DNA of 40,023 nt from Pseudomonadota bacterium (GCA_009839635.1 VXPJ01000046.1:1-40023), one strand, 5' to 3'; shown: positions 1 to 8,743, counted from the stretch's first letter. A program made the numbers and translations. Notes: a model not told the origin generated them from the letters alone.

Positions 1-408
1 GAGACAGAGGGTTTTGTTCTAGAGCAATACGCAAATCTCGGCGTGACTGCGAACTTTTACAAACATGCTGACCGGGATCCAGAGGATGTCCACATTCACC
101 ATTCTTGGGACACGGACCTGCTAATTTACGATTGTTGTGTACGCCTTGATATATTGACAGGTGCAGTAATTACAGGCGCAAGATGCACTGAATGCAATGC
201 TTTTTTAGCCTGGTTTACAGCGTCCTACCCGCCAGAAGAAAAATACGAGGTAAGAATAAAAGGGGTTCCTGTTATCGAAATGAACAGGCGAAGTCGTCTA
301 GACTTTGGGCTCGACATGCTTCACTACATGTACAAGGGCAAGAACTGGAAAGAGCTTGCCGATGGTGAGTACTGGAATACCAGCACAGGGCTGGTAAAGC
401 CAATCTAG
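1..408 (+). CDS. hypothetical protein, possibly truncated at the window edge
   Basis: Track ORF 43..408 starts at GTG, but the same frame is open back to base 1, so the true start may lie upstream of the window. GC is lower than in neighbouring genes. No motif recognised. Confidence 0.35.
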   Translation, partial: ETEGFVLEQYANLGVTANFYKHADRDPEDVHIHHSWDTDLLIYDCCVRLDILTGAVITGARCTECNAFLAWFTASYPPEEKYEVRIKGVPVIEMNRRSRLDFGLDMLHYMYKGKNWKELADGEYWNTSTGLVKPI

Positions 409-455
409 CCTGTTTCAGCATTCAAATCCCCCTCCCTCTCCACCAGTGGACTAAA

Positions 456-1583
456 TCACTGAAACCTTTCCGTTGCCCCGTAGTGCGAGCCGATGAAGAT
501 GGCTTCGGTGCCTTCTGGCGTGGTTGCATGGCCATGGTGAGTGCCAGCCACGGCACGCGGGTTGCCGCTGGCATCGTCCACGGTTGAGAAGCGTCCCGAC
601 CAACTGCCGCTTGAAGTCATGTTCAGCAGCGGGTGCCTGAGCGTGATGGTTGTGCCAGTGAACTGGCCGTCCTGTTTGATGAGGGTGGTTCCGAAGTCGA
701 TTTCGAAGCCAGAGGCCAAACGGTCCTCCACTGACATAAGACCACTTTCCGGGAAGGCCGCGATGTCGAACAGGCTAATGTTCGTGACCCCGCCGGAGAT
801 CATATTGCTTGAAAAGTCCGCTGTCAGATGCAGGGTACCCAGGTATTCCCCCGCCTCAAGTGTCCCTGCGGGTCGTCCGTACAACGCCGAAAGCTCGGTG
901 CCATAGGTCCCAAGATACATGCCCCCCGCACGTCCCGTATACGTTGCACTGCCGGAAACGGGCACCGTGACGGCCTCCTTGTAGTCGGTACCGTCAATGA
1001 AAGCGCCAAACTCGACGTTCCTGGCTGCATCGACATGTATCCAGTGCCCGCCCGCCAAGTAGTTGCCAAAATCATCGTCGGACCACTCGATGGCCGCAGA
1101 TCCGACCGTCACGCCGTCATCGTTGGTCCTGACTATCCTGCCGATCGTGGTCGAACGGTTGGTGACTGTGTTCTCTTCTCCCGTGAACCGCTGTACCACG
1201 CTGGTGCCGTCGACGTCCGTATCGAGGAACAGCGTGCTGTTGTCCCGGCGATTCAGCAGGAACGTGAACCTTGCCCCCGTAAACACCGTTTCCACGCTGA
1301 CAGGGCTTGACAGTCCTCTGTTCGCGGTCTGCACGATACTGCCGAACACGGTCTCGCTTGCAAGGGACAGGGCCGATGAAATGGTTGGCGCAACCGTGCC
1401 TATGGCAGTGACGCCCTGCTGGTTGTCGCCCTCGAAAGCGGTCTGCTGCAGGGGCTGCTGTTGTTCGTGCATGGCAGGAGCCAGGGCCGGGTTCATCATC
1501 GCAGGCTCACTGCTCCCACCGCCTCCGCCACAGGCTGACAGCCATAACGCCATGAACGATACCGCGAATATCCTGTTGTACAT
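456..1583 (-). CDS. surface-lipoprotein-like protein with TbpB/fHbp-type C-terminal beta-barrel
   Basis: ATG at 1583 is preceded by AAGGAG. N-terminus MYNRIFAVSFMALWLSAC-GGGGGS reads as signal peptide, lipobox Cys and poly-Gly linker. The C-terminal segments ATYTGRAGGMY...GTLHLTADFSSNMISGGV...GSWSGRF...AVAGTHHGH...IFIGSHYGA match the 8-strand barrel pattern of TbpB/HpuA/fHbp lipoproteins (Pfam TbpB_B_D, from memory). Confidence 0.7.
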   Translation of the reverse strand: MYNRIFAVSFMALWLSACGGGGGSSEPAMMNPALAPAMHEQQQPLQQTAFEGDNQQGVTAIGTVAPTISSALSLASETVFGSIVQTANRGLSSPVSVETVFTGARFTFLLNRRDNSTLFLDTDVDGTSVVQRFTGEENTVTNRSTTIGRIVRTNDDGVTVGSAAIEWSDDDFGNYLAGGHWIHVDAARNVEFGAFIDGTDYKEAVTVPVSGSATYTGRAGGMYLGTYGTELSALYGRPAGTLEAGEYLGTLHLTADFSSNMISGGVTNISLFDIAAFPESGLMSVEDRLASGFEIDFGTTLIKQDGQFTGTTITLRHPLLNMTSSGSWSGRFSTVDDASGNPRAVAGTHHGHATTPEGTEAIFIGSHYGATERFQ

Positions 1584-1594
1584 TGGTAATCTCC

Positions 1595-1810
1595 TTATTT
1601 TTTGTGGCGAAGCGGTTGCGTGATCACACGCTTGCCGTCAGTCACGGTGACGGTCACCAGCTTGTTCGGGTTGTTCGGGTCGTACTGGTCCTTGAACAGT
1701 ATCTGGGCCTTCTGCATCGCCATCTTGAGCGATTTATACACGCCTATCCTTGGGAGCCTGCCCTCTTTCTCGTCCAGGCTGGTGGTCATGATGTATTGGT
1801 TTTCTTCCAT
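1595..1810 (-). CDS. small hypothetical protein (71 aa), likely co-transcribed with the lipoprotein gene
   Basis: ATG at 1810 is preceded by AAGGAG. Its stop lies 12 nt upstream of the lipoprotein start at 1583. No recognisable family. Confidence 0.5.
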   Translation of the reverse strand: MEENQYIMTTSLDEKEGRLPRIGVYKSLKMAMQKAQILFKDQYDPNNPNKLVTVTVTDGKRVITQPLRHKK

Positions 1811-1833
1811 GGTTGCTCCTTATCTAACATTCC

Positions 1834-2382
1834 CTAGAACATTATCCCCACGTTGACTTGTGCCGATACGCCGGTGTTATGGAGTGATGATTGTGCGCCG
1901 AGTATCCAGTGGCCGACTCTCTTGCTTGCGCCAGCTGACAGGACCAGGGTGGAGTCGTTTCTTGCACTGTTTTTCATGGTCTCGCCGGATACAGTGGCTT
2001 TGGTGGTCTTGCCACTTAGTGTGTGTTCGTAGTCGATCGAGGCGTATGTGCTTGCCATTCCCCAGTTCCTGTGAGTTAAGGACGCCAAAACTTCCCGTGG
2101 TTTGGGCTGGGGTTGAGAATAATGTCCTAGCACCCGTCACGTCGGTGAACCTGTCGATGGATACGTCCGTATAGCCGAGTCAGGCCCCAGTGCTTGAACG
2201 TGCGGCCTGCTTCGGCCTGCATGGTGATGCCATCCCCGTCGATGCCGGAAGCCAGCCTGCCACGGGTGTCCGAGCGCGCGCTCAGGTCGTACCGCGATGC
2301 GGCTGCACACGGCAGTTGCAAAGGCTGGTTCGATGCCAAGCAACAGAAAAAAGACTGTGAATAGAACTTCCCTGTATGTCAT
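1834..2382 (-). pseudogene. frameshifted small outer-membrane beta-barrel protein
   Basis: Three minus-strand fragments in different frames read as one protein. 2137..2382 begins with a signal-peptide-like MTYREVLFTVFFLLLG...AFA. 2127..2339 carries YDLSARSDTRGRLASGIDGDGITMQAEAGRTFKHWGL. 1834..2133 ends ...GVSAQVNVGIMF with the terminal Phe typical of OM barrels. Confidence 0.5.
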
Positions 2383-2446
2383 ATCTAGAGCCTTTGTGGA
2401 CGTTTTGCGCTATTGACGAAAAACGCTGCCGTCACGGGTGTCAATT

Positions 2447-2471
2447 ATGAAATCATAAGCTTTGATTTCAT
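2447..2471. promoter_or_regulatory. inverted repeat ATGAAATCA-N7-TGATTTCAT
   Basis: Perfect 9-bp arms, 65-90 nt upstream of the OM-barrel pseudogene start. It shares the TGAAATCAT half-site with the 12604-12639 repeat. Confidence 0.3.
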
Positions 2472-2601
2472 CTCACTCGGAACTGCGTTATTAAAAGTGA
2501 GACGTCATTTCCTGGAAACCAATAGACGATTCACCCGGAGAGAATTACCGCTCAGGCACCAAGCTCACTGTGACTGTACACATACGTGACTAATTTGGCC
2601 T

Positions 2602-2615
2602 CTATCAGTTGATAT
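2602..2615. promoter_or_regulatory. near-palindrome CTATCAGTTGATAT (variant of the same motif)
   Basis: It differs from CTATCAATTGATAG at two positions. It lies between the luxR 3' end and the OM-barrel pseudogene start at 2382. Confidence 0.3.
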
Positions 2616-2750
2616 AAACCCCTAGGCATGTCCTGGGACCAAAGCATTCGGGTTCTGTCGGCTACGCGCTACCCAGTAGTTTCTGTGAACCCCTTGGCAT
2701 ACACCGGGAGGGTGTAAACCAGAGTGGGGCTGCACAGATACGCCGTGCTT

Positions 2751-3893
2751 TTAGTTTTTTAATCCAGGAAATTCCGAGAGTGCGTGTATGATCTGAGTCA
2801 ACTCGACTTGGCGTGAGATCCCAAGCTTGGTGAAGATAAGATGGAATTGGTAGCGCAGGGTGTTGTAACCGCGCCCGGTCATCGCTGCGATCTGACGCAG
2901 AGTCCGCCCCTCGGCGAGCATCACTGCGATCCGGGCCTCCTTTGCCGAGAGCCCCAGAAGCTCTTCCACGAGGTCGGGGTCGATGCTGACACGGTCCATC
3001 GGGTCCATCAGGAGTATGAGCGCGGCAATGCGTCTCGTCTGGTAGTGCTCTTCTCGGCTTTCCACGGGCATGACGTGCAATACCAGCATGGGCAACAGGC
3101 CAAGCTGGCGGATCACCATAGATCCGCTCCTGGCATGTGCCCCATACCGCGGTAGTGCCCGGGCCAGTAGTTCAGACAGTTTGGACTGGTCCGTTGGCTG
3201 CACAGCAATCAGTGAATTGGCCCGGCAGGTAAGTCCGTCATTTTTCGCAAGCAGCTTACTGGCCTTGTCGTTCATCGTCGCAATCATTCCGCGACGATCC
3301 ATCTGGATAATGCCTGCACGGGTGCTGTCTAAAAGTGACGCACCGAGCGCGTCTGCCTCGGTCAGTGCAGACCGCACCCGCACGTACTGGTGAATCTGCG
3401 GAAGCACGCGGGCAATCATTTCGACCCGCGACGTTGACCAGCCAGTCGAATCCACGGGATCGGCGATTCCCCATGCGATATGTGCGCCGTCGGACATATC
3501 GAGACGTACTTCCAATGCATTTTGCATCTCATACCGCGAATAGGCTTTGTTATAACACCTCGAGCGCTTTCGTTCCTCTTCCGTGAATTGTTCGGCAATG
3601 GGAACGATCTTGCCATGAGGGAGCCTTCGCATACGCGGGACATGCTCGTCTGCAGCGTGATAGTGCTTCAGGTATTCATGCATCTGGTCAGGGCGTGAGT
3701 CCCCGCGGTAGCAGCACTTGGTGAAATAGATATCTACATGGGTGCTCGAACTGGCCTTCCCGAAAAACAACGCATTTCCCTTGGACCCGCAGGCCTCATC
3801 GATGAGCTTGGAAGCTTGCGGCCAATGGGTGTCATCAAGCATTGCCTCATTTAGAGAACTGATGATTCGGCCGAAGATGCCCTGCGGACTCAT
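2751..3893 (-). CDS. LuxR/GerE-family transcriptional regulator with uncharacterised N-terminal sensor domain
   Basis: C-terminal HTH LSAKEARIAVMLAEGRTLRQIAAMTGRGYNTLRYQFHLIFTKLGISRQVEL. I prefer the internal ATG at 3893 (MSPQGIF..., GAGG 4 nt upstream) because the track start at 3929 runs into the 135-bp intergenic repeat. Confidence 0.85.
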   Translation of the reverse strand: MSPQGIFGRIISSLNEAMLDDTHWPQASKLIDEACGSKGNALFFGKASSSTHVDIYFTKCCYRGDSRPDQMHEYLKHYHAADEHVPRMRRLPHGKIVPIAEQFTEEERKRSRCYNKAYSRYEMQNALEVRLDMSDGAHIAWGIADPVDSTGWSTSRVEMIARVLPQIHQYVRVRSALTEADALGASLLDSTRAGIIQMDRRGMIATMNDKASKLLAKNDGLTCRANSLIAVQPTDQSKLSELLARALPRYGAHARSGSMVIRQLGLLPMLVLHVMPVESREEHYQTRRIAALILLMDPMDRVSIDPDLVEELLGLSAKEARIAVMLAEGRTLRQIAAMTGRGYNTLRYQFHLIFTKLGISRQVELTQIIHALSEFPGLKN

Positions 3894-3914
3894 TTCACCT
3901 CTCACCCCGGATCC

Positions 3915-4053
3915 ACGCATGCATAACAATCACCCAAGAACAAATTCCAAGGAGCTGCATTCCGATGGCCTCAGGAGAGGGGCTTATACCATTTGATGCA
4001 AATACAGTGTAATCCGTTGACTTATGCTTGACTTCTATCAATTGATAGATTCC
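3915..4053. repeat. ~135-bp intergenic repeat, copy 1 (luxR / autotransporter divergent region)
   Basis: ACGCATGCATAACAATCACCCAAGAA...GCTGCATTCCGATGGCCTCAGGAGAGGGGCTTATACCATTTGA...ACTTCTATCAATTGATAGATTCC aligns along its whole length with 8144..8278. Confidence 0.85.
4035..4048. promoter_or_regulatory. perfect 14-bp palindrome CTATCAATTGATAG (candidate operator)
   Basis: It lies 142 nt upstream of the luxR start and 213 nt upstream of the autotransporter start. It sits within a 24-nt block identical to 6838-6861. Confidence 0.5.
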
Positions 4054-4260
4054 AGACTAGCGGCAAACCTTTACCATAAATGTCATATTGATAGGTATCC
4101 ATTTAATCCTGATGTGGGGTTTCTGGATACCTACAAAATAAGTGTGTAGCGGCATCGCTTTATTAGACACTGGGGCCCACCTGCTTTTCAGATACTTCCC
4201 CTGCCACATCCTTGGCGCCCTTTAAAATTTTTCTTTCAACTTGCTGCAAGAGAGTCATGT

Positions 4261-6675
4261 ATGCAAATACCTAATTTTAAAGTGAACTACAGGGAGGTGA
4301 TTCGCCTATTTTGTATTGGCACAGTATCTTTTCTCTTCCTGACACCCCACCTTGCACATGCCGCACCGCCAGCTATCACTTCCGCCGTTACCGACGAGGC
4401 AGGCACCACGATCACCATCACCTACGACCAGGATCTTGACGAAAGCTCCGTGCCGAGCACCGAGGGCTTCATCATCCTCAAGAGTTTTGACACGCGCCCA
4501 AGCCACATTCCGAGCACCTCGTGGACTGGTGCAGGCTTTTACTGCTGGGTGGGCAACCAAGGCATTTCCAGTATCAACTGCCCGGTGGCGATCACCTCGG
4601 TGACCGTATCCGGTGCCGACGTCACCCTGATCATCCCGACCACCCACAGAATCCTTGCAGGCGATGCCATTGCCCTGCAGTACAGCGCATCGCATGCGGT
4701 CAACCCGATCCAGATCGAGGCGGTCGGAGAGAATCTGCCTGAGCAGGCTGCGAACATCGTCGGAAACAATCGTCGGAATATCACCAACAACGTCCCGGAG
4801 CCGCAGATCCAGTCCGCAATAGCCACCGGCACCCGACTGGTCCTGACCTATGATACCGCCCTGGACAGTACCCAGGTGCCGCCGAACTCGTCCTACCGCA
4901 TCACCGTGGGCGGCGTGGAGGTCTCGGGCAACAACGACGATGCGCCATGGGAGATTGCGGTCAGCGGCCGCCAGGTGATCATCATCATGGGCGAACCCAT
5001 CCCGGTGGACCAAGAGACCACCCTGAAATACACGCAGCCAACCCTAGATGCACAGCGCCTGCAGAGCAGTATCGGCAACGACGCGCCTGGCTTCGAGAAC
5101 TACGAGGTCACTGTCAGGCAGCCCCACAGTCGCACACCCGCTGACATTACCCCACCCGAGCTGGTATCCGTCGTGCTGCTTGATGACGTGTTGACCCTGG
5201 CCTTCAGCGAATCCCTGCGTACCGACACACCTCCCGTGTCCGCCTTCGGGGTCCTGCTGGAGGGGCAGAGCGTTGATGTGGTCTCCATCGAAATACAGGG
5301 CGCCACTGTAACCCTACACCTGGTACAACCCGCGAGGATCGGCGAGGCCGTCACCGTCAGTTACACGGTGCCGGACACCAATCCTATCCGGGATGAGGCT
5401 GGCAACCCGGCTACGCCTTTCGAGACTGAGATCGACAATACCACGCCGGACCGCGAGCCGCTTGAACTACAATCGGCCATGGTGAACGGCGTAGACCTTG
5501 ATCTCGCCTACGACGACATGCTGGATGCAAGTGCTACCCCTGCGCCCACCGACTACACCGTGCGGGTAAATGGCAAGGCGGTGGCCGTGCAGGATGTCAC
5601 CTTGGGCGCGACCACCGTATCCCTGACATTGGCCATGGCGGTGATCCGCACGGACCGCGTCACCCTCAGCTACGGTGCACGTACTTTGCGTGGGGTGGAC
5701 GGCAATCCCGTCGACACCTACACCGACTACTTGGTCACCAACAACAGCACCGACCATCCCGCCAGCCTGTGGCTATCGCGCTTCGGGCGCACCGTGGCCA
5801 CACAGGTTACAGACAGCGTACAGGCGCGCATATTCACGCCTGACGAGCGCACGGGGCTTCGCTACGCCTCCTACACGGGAGAGACCGATACTGGCACACA
5901 AGCAGCCTTCTGGGGGCGTCTTGCAGGCACGGGCTTCAATGGCGAGCAGGATGACGTCAATCTCAGTGGCGATATCACCAGCTACCTGGCAGGTGTGGAA
6001 CTGCGTAATGCCATGGGCACGCTCGGCATCACGCTGGGGCAGAGCGATGGCGAAGGAAACTGTGGCATGACCGGGCGTTCGGACGAGATCAGCGCACAAC
6101 TCACAGGCATCTATCCCTACCTCGGCTACCGCCTCACCCCCGCCCTCACGGCATGGGGCACGGCAGGCTACGCAAGCGGCCACATGCGCCTGGATGATGT
6201 GCGTGCAGACATCGAGCTGCAGATGATCGCAACGGGCCTTCGCAGCACCCTTGCACATGCAGGCCCCCTGCATCTCACCGCCGAGATCGATGCGCTCTAC
6301 GCCCGCACGAAAGCCCATCGCCCCCTGCCCGCCACCGAACGCGTCCACAGGTTACGTGCGGGCCTTGAAGGAACGCTCCGAGCCAAGGTCTACCACCACC
6401 TGTGGGTACCCGCCCTACGTGCCTCAGTACGCTATGACGGCGGCGATGCTGAGACCGGCACCGGCCTTGAGCTCCACCCCAGCCTCACCTACCGCAACCT
6501 CGCCAACGAACTCTCAGCCGAGCTACGGGGACACCACCTCGCGAACCATGGCGACGACGACTTCGAGGAAAACGGCTACTCGCTCACCCTCGCATGGAGC
6601 ACAAGCACTGGCACCGAGGTCAGCATGAGACTGGAGGAAAGCCATGTGCAGATGCAGGCCAGCGTGGCGTGGTGA
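4261..6675 (+). CDS. autotransporter with four SWM/Ig-like repeat passenger domains
   Basis: Signal peptide ...FLTPHLAHA. Four ~100-aa repeats of the type xPxLxSAxxxGxxLxLxYDxxLDxxxxPxxxxY/F (putative flagellar-system-associated/SwmB repeat, from memory). C-terminal ~300 aa (from about 5773) has alternating beta-strand pattern ending ...MQASVAW, typical of an autotransporter beta-domain. Confidence 0.85.
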   Translation: MQIPNFKVNYREVIRLFCIGTVSFLFLTPHLAHAAPPAITSAVTDEAGTTITITYDQDLDESSVPSTEGFIILKSFDTRPSHIPSTSWTGAGFYCWVGNQGISSINCPVAITSVTVSGADVTLIIPTTHRILAGDAIALQYSASHAVNPIQIEAVGENLPEQAANIVGNNRRNITNNVPEPQIQSAIATGTRLVLTYDTALDSTQVPPNSSYRITVGGVEVSGNNDDAPWEIAVSGRQVIIIMGEPIPVDQETTLKYTQPTLDAQRLQSSIGNDAPGFENYEVTVRQPHSRTPADITPPELVSVVLLDDVLTLAFSESLRTDTPPVSAFGVLLEGQSVDVVSIEIQGATVTLHLVQPARIGEAVTVSYTVPDTNPIRDEAGNPATPFETEIDNTTPDREPLELQSAMVNGVDLDLAYDDMLDASATPAPTDYTVRVNGKAVAVQDVTLGATTVSLTLAMAVIRTDRVTLSYGARTLRGVDGNPVDTYTDYLVTNNSTDHPASLWLSRFGRTVATQVTDSVQARIFTPDERTGLRYASYTGETDTGTQAAFWGRLAGTGFNGEQDDVNLSGDITSYLAGVELRNAMGTLGITLGQSDGEGNCGMTGRSDEISAQLTGIYPYLGYRLTPALTAWGTAGYASGHMRLDDVRADIELQMIATGLRSTLAHAGPLHLTAEIDALYARTKAHRPLPATERVHRLRAGLEGTLRAKVYHHLWVPALRASVRYDGGDAETGTGLELHPSLTYRNLANELSAELRGHHLANHGDDDFEENGYSLTLAWSTSTGTEVSMRLEESHVQMQASVAW

Positions 6676-6841
6676 CACCACACCCATTTTTGCAGAGGAG
6701 GATGATAGCAAATTAGAGACACTTCCCATTCAAATAGGTGTCGCCGGCGGCTTGCTGCCCTTGGTCCAACTGGCCTTAAACCTAATATGGTCGCCTTGGT
6801 TGGCGTAGCTGGGTACAAACTTCATGGCCTTCTCCCTACTT

Positions 6842-6855
6842 CTATCAATTGATAG
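6842..6855. promoter_or_regulatory. perfect 14-bp palindrome CTATCAATTGATAG (candidate operator)
   Basis: It lies 123 nt upstream of the lipoprotein ATG at 6978. The 24-nt block ACTTCTATCAATTGATAGATTCCA is identical to 4031-4054. Confidence 0.5.
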
Positions 6856-6977
6856 ATTCCAAGTGCGTTTTAATTCGGTAACCTGCCAACCGAATCAAGG
6901 CCAACAATCCACTTTGGGAGCTATCGGGATCAAGTAGCGTGGCGCAGTCATTTTTGCGCTAAGTGAAAGGGGTAGTA

Positions 6978-8129
6978 ATGCAAGGGACAGCCAAGCGCCT
7001 AGTTATACTCACTCTTTTTGCATTGGGGTTGTCGGCATGCGGCGGAGGAGGCGGTGGCAGCAGGAGCACAGAGACAGTACCTGTGCCGGAACCTGAAATG
7101 CCCGTACCCCCTCCCCAACCTGGGCCAGGGCAGCCGACAGACCCGGCTGAACCCGCAGGACCACGTGAGCCGGGTGATCCCATAGCGCCACCGGATGATC
7201 CTGTGACACCGCCACCTCCTCCCTTGACGGAAATCCCTCTTTACAAGGCAATGGGCAGACTTGTATCCGAAAGCAGTCTGTACACAACTAGTACTTCCCT
7301 TGAAGGGAATACGATAGATGGTCTTGTGATCACTATTGATGGCCCTGAGACCGTGCCATTCACCAGCAACGGAGAAACCCTTATTTCGATAACCGGGTTT
7401 ACCAATGCGGCCCAGTCACAAACTCAGGTTCCCGTAGCGAGCATGCCATATCCACCTGAAAACCCGTTCAACAATAGTACAAGGCATGACGTCTATCTCT
7501 ATACCAACAAGGCAGGTGCCACGGATACGGAATATGTTCAATTTGGCTGGTGGAACTCGTATTCAGATCACGATGGCACCATTGAAAGCTCCTTGCCAGA
7601 CGGTGAACTCAGCAGGGTCTCCATGACACCTTACGCCACGGGAAACAGCGAAGCGTATCCAGAATTGCATGATGGCGACAATCATGTAGCAAAAGGAACG
7701 GCCTCCTATTCCGGCCATGCCGTGGGGCTGTATGCAAGGAAAATACAGAACGTATACCGGGAAGGGGGACAGTTCGCCGCTACCGTAACCTTCAGCGCCG
7801 ATTTCAGTGCCACGCGAGATACTTCACAGGGGGATCCTGAACCCAAGGAGCAGTTCCTGACAGTCATCAGCGGACAGATCACCAATTTCAAAAACGACCA
7901 AGGGAATGTCATTGACAGTTCATGGACAGTGCCCTTGTCCAGATTTGCACATGACTATGCAGATCAGGGTGAAGCTCTTTTTCGTGGGCCTTCAGGATGG
8001 AACTACCTGTTCCACGGCGCGATTGCCGGGGATTCCACCAACATGGCTCCGAACAGTATCATCGGCACATTCGAGCACTCCTTCACGAATGGAGAAGTGG
8101 CAGGAGCCTATGCGGCCTCGAAGCAGTGA
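6978..8129 (+). CDS. surface-lipoprotein-like protein with Pro-rich linker and TbpB/fHbp-type C-terminal beta-barrel
   Basis: ATG at 6978 (track start is GTG 6963). MQGTAKRLVILTLFALGLSAC-GGGGGGS gives lipobox and poly-Gly, followed by a Pro-rich stretch. C-terminus GTASYSGHAVGLYA...VTFSADFS...ISGQITNF...IIGTFEHSFTNGEVAGAYAASKQ resembles the ...GAFGAKKQ ends of TbpB-type barrels. Confidence 0.8.
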   Translation: MQGTAKRLVILTLFALGLSACGGGGGGSRSTETVPVPEPEMPVPPPQPGPGQPTDPAEPAGPREPGDPIAPPDDPVTPPPPPLTEIPLYKAMGRLVSESSLYTTSTSLEGNTIDGLVITIDGPETVPFTSNGETLISITGFTNAAQSQTQVPVASMPYPPENPFNNSTRHDVYLYTNKAGATDTEYVQFGWWNSYSDHDGTIESSLPDGELSRVSMTPYATGNSEAYPELHDGDNHVAKGTASYSGHAVGLYARKIQNVYREGGQFAATVTFSADFSATRDTSQGDPEPKEQFLTVISGQITNFKNDQGNVIDSSWTVPLSRFAHDYADQGEALFRGPSGWNYLFHGAIAGDSTNMAPNSIIGTFEHSFTNGEVAGAYAASKQ

Positions 8130-8143
8130 TTATCATCTTACGA

Positions 8144-8278
8144 ACGCATGCGTAACAATCACTCAAGAAAAGATTCCGAGGGACTGCATTCCGATGGCTT
8201 CAGGAAATGGGCTTATACCATTTGAAGCGGATGAGTGTAGTACGTTGACCCGCGTCTAACTTCTATCAAAAGATTGTG
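8144..8278. repeat. ~135-bp intergenic repeat, copy 2 (downstream of lipoprotein gene)
   Basis: ACGCATGCGTAACAATCACTCAAGAA...ACTGCATTCCGATGGCTTCAGGAAATGGGCTTATACCATTTGA...ACTTCTATCAAAAGATTG. The palindrome half-site is degenerate in this copy. Confidence 0.85.
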
Positions 8279-8294
8279 TAGTTGTCCGCAACCT

Positions 8295-8480
8295 ATGACC
8301 ATGAAAGAACAAGTCATACAGTACAGTGGGGCTACCGCCACCATACATGGAATAGATGACCTCGGTCACCGCATCGTGGAACTCAAGATCCAATCAGGAG
8401 AGGTGACGTACATCCTGAACATGAACATCAAGCAAGCATCGCAGCTTGGCCTCTTGCTTTTGTCTCCCAAGAAGGAATGA
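8295..8480 (+). CDS. small hypothetical protein
   Basis: Track ORF 8274..8480 (TTG start), first ATG at 8295. Its TGA overlaps the next ATG (ATGA at 8477-8480), which suggests translational coupling. AT-rich region, no family recognised. Confidence 0.35.
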   Translation: MTMKEQVIQYSGATATIHGIDDLGHRIVELKIQSGEVTYILNMNIKQASQLGLLLLSPKKE

Positions 8481-8743
8481 GCAAACACAGCATGAGCAGG
8501 TTTCTACTGGCTGTCTGCACGGCAGCTATTTTGTATGTGCCGCTGGTTCATTCTGTGGATTACGGGTAAGAAGTGATTAGGTACGCGATAAGTCCATGCT
8601 TCAATGAAATTTACAGCCAGCACATGCAAACCTATGGAGAGTTGGGCTTGAGCAGGAACGAGGTATTCGGCCTTTTTATGCAGGTGGAGCCTGAATTGGC
8701 AGTCAACGCAGTAAATGCTAGTACCCTTGGTCAAGGGCCATGA
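8477..8743 (+). pseudogene. small secreted-protein gene interrupted by an in-frame TAA
   Basis: Hand translation gives MSKHSMSRFLLAVCTAAILYVPLVHSVDYG-TAA(8567)-EVIRYAISPCFNEIYSQHMQTYGELGLSRNEVFGLFMQVEPELAVNAVNASTLGQGP-TGA(8741). It has a signal-peptide-like N-terminus and an AAGAAGGAA Shine-Dalgarno, and is coupled to the upstream ORF. Confidence 0.3.

Noticed and set aside
7041-7058. Poly-Gly linker codons in the three lipoprotein genes as slipped-strand phase-variation tracts.
   Set aside because: The Gly runs use mixed codons (GGC GGA GGA GGC GGT GGC and similar). There is no homopolymer or long perfect repeat to slip.
8504-8734. Track ORF on the minus strand (76 aa).
   Set aside because: It has no Shine-Dalgarno and an odd composition. 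It overlaps the plus-strand signal-peptide frame, which is translationally coupled to the upstream ORF.
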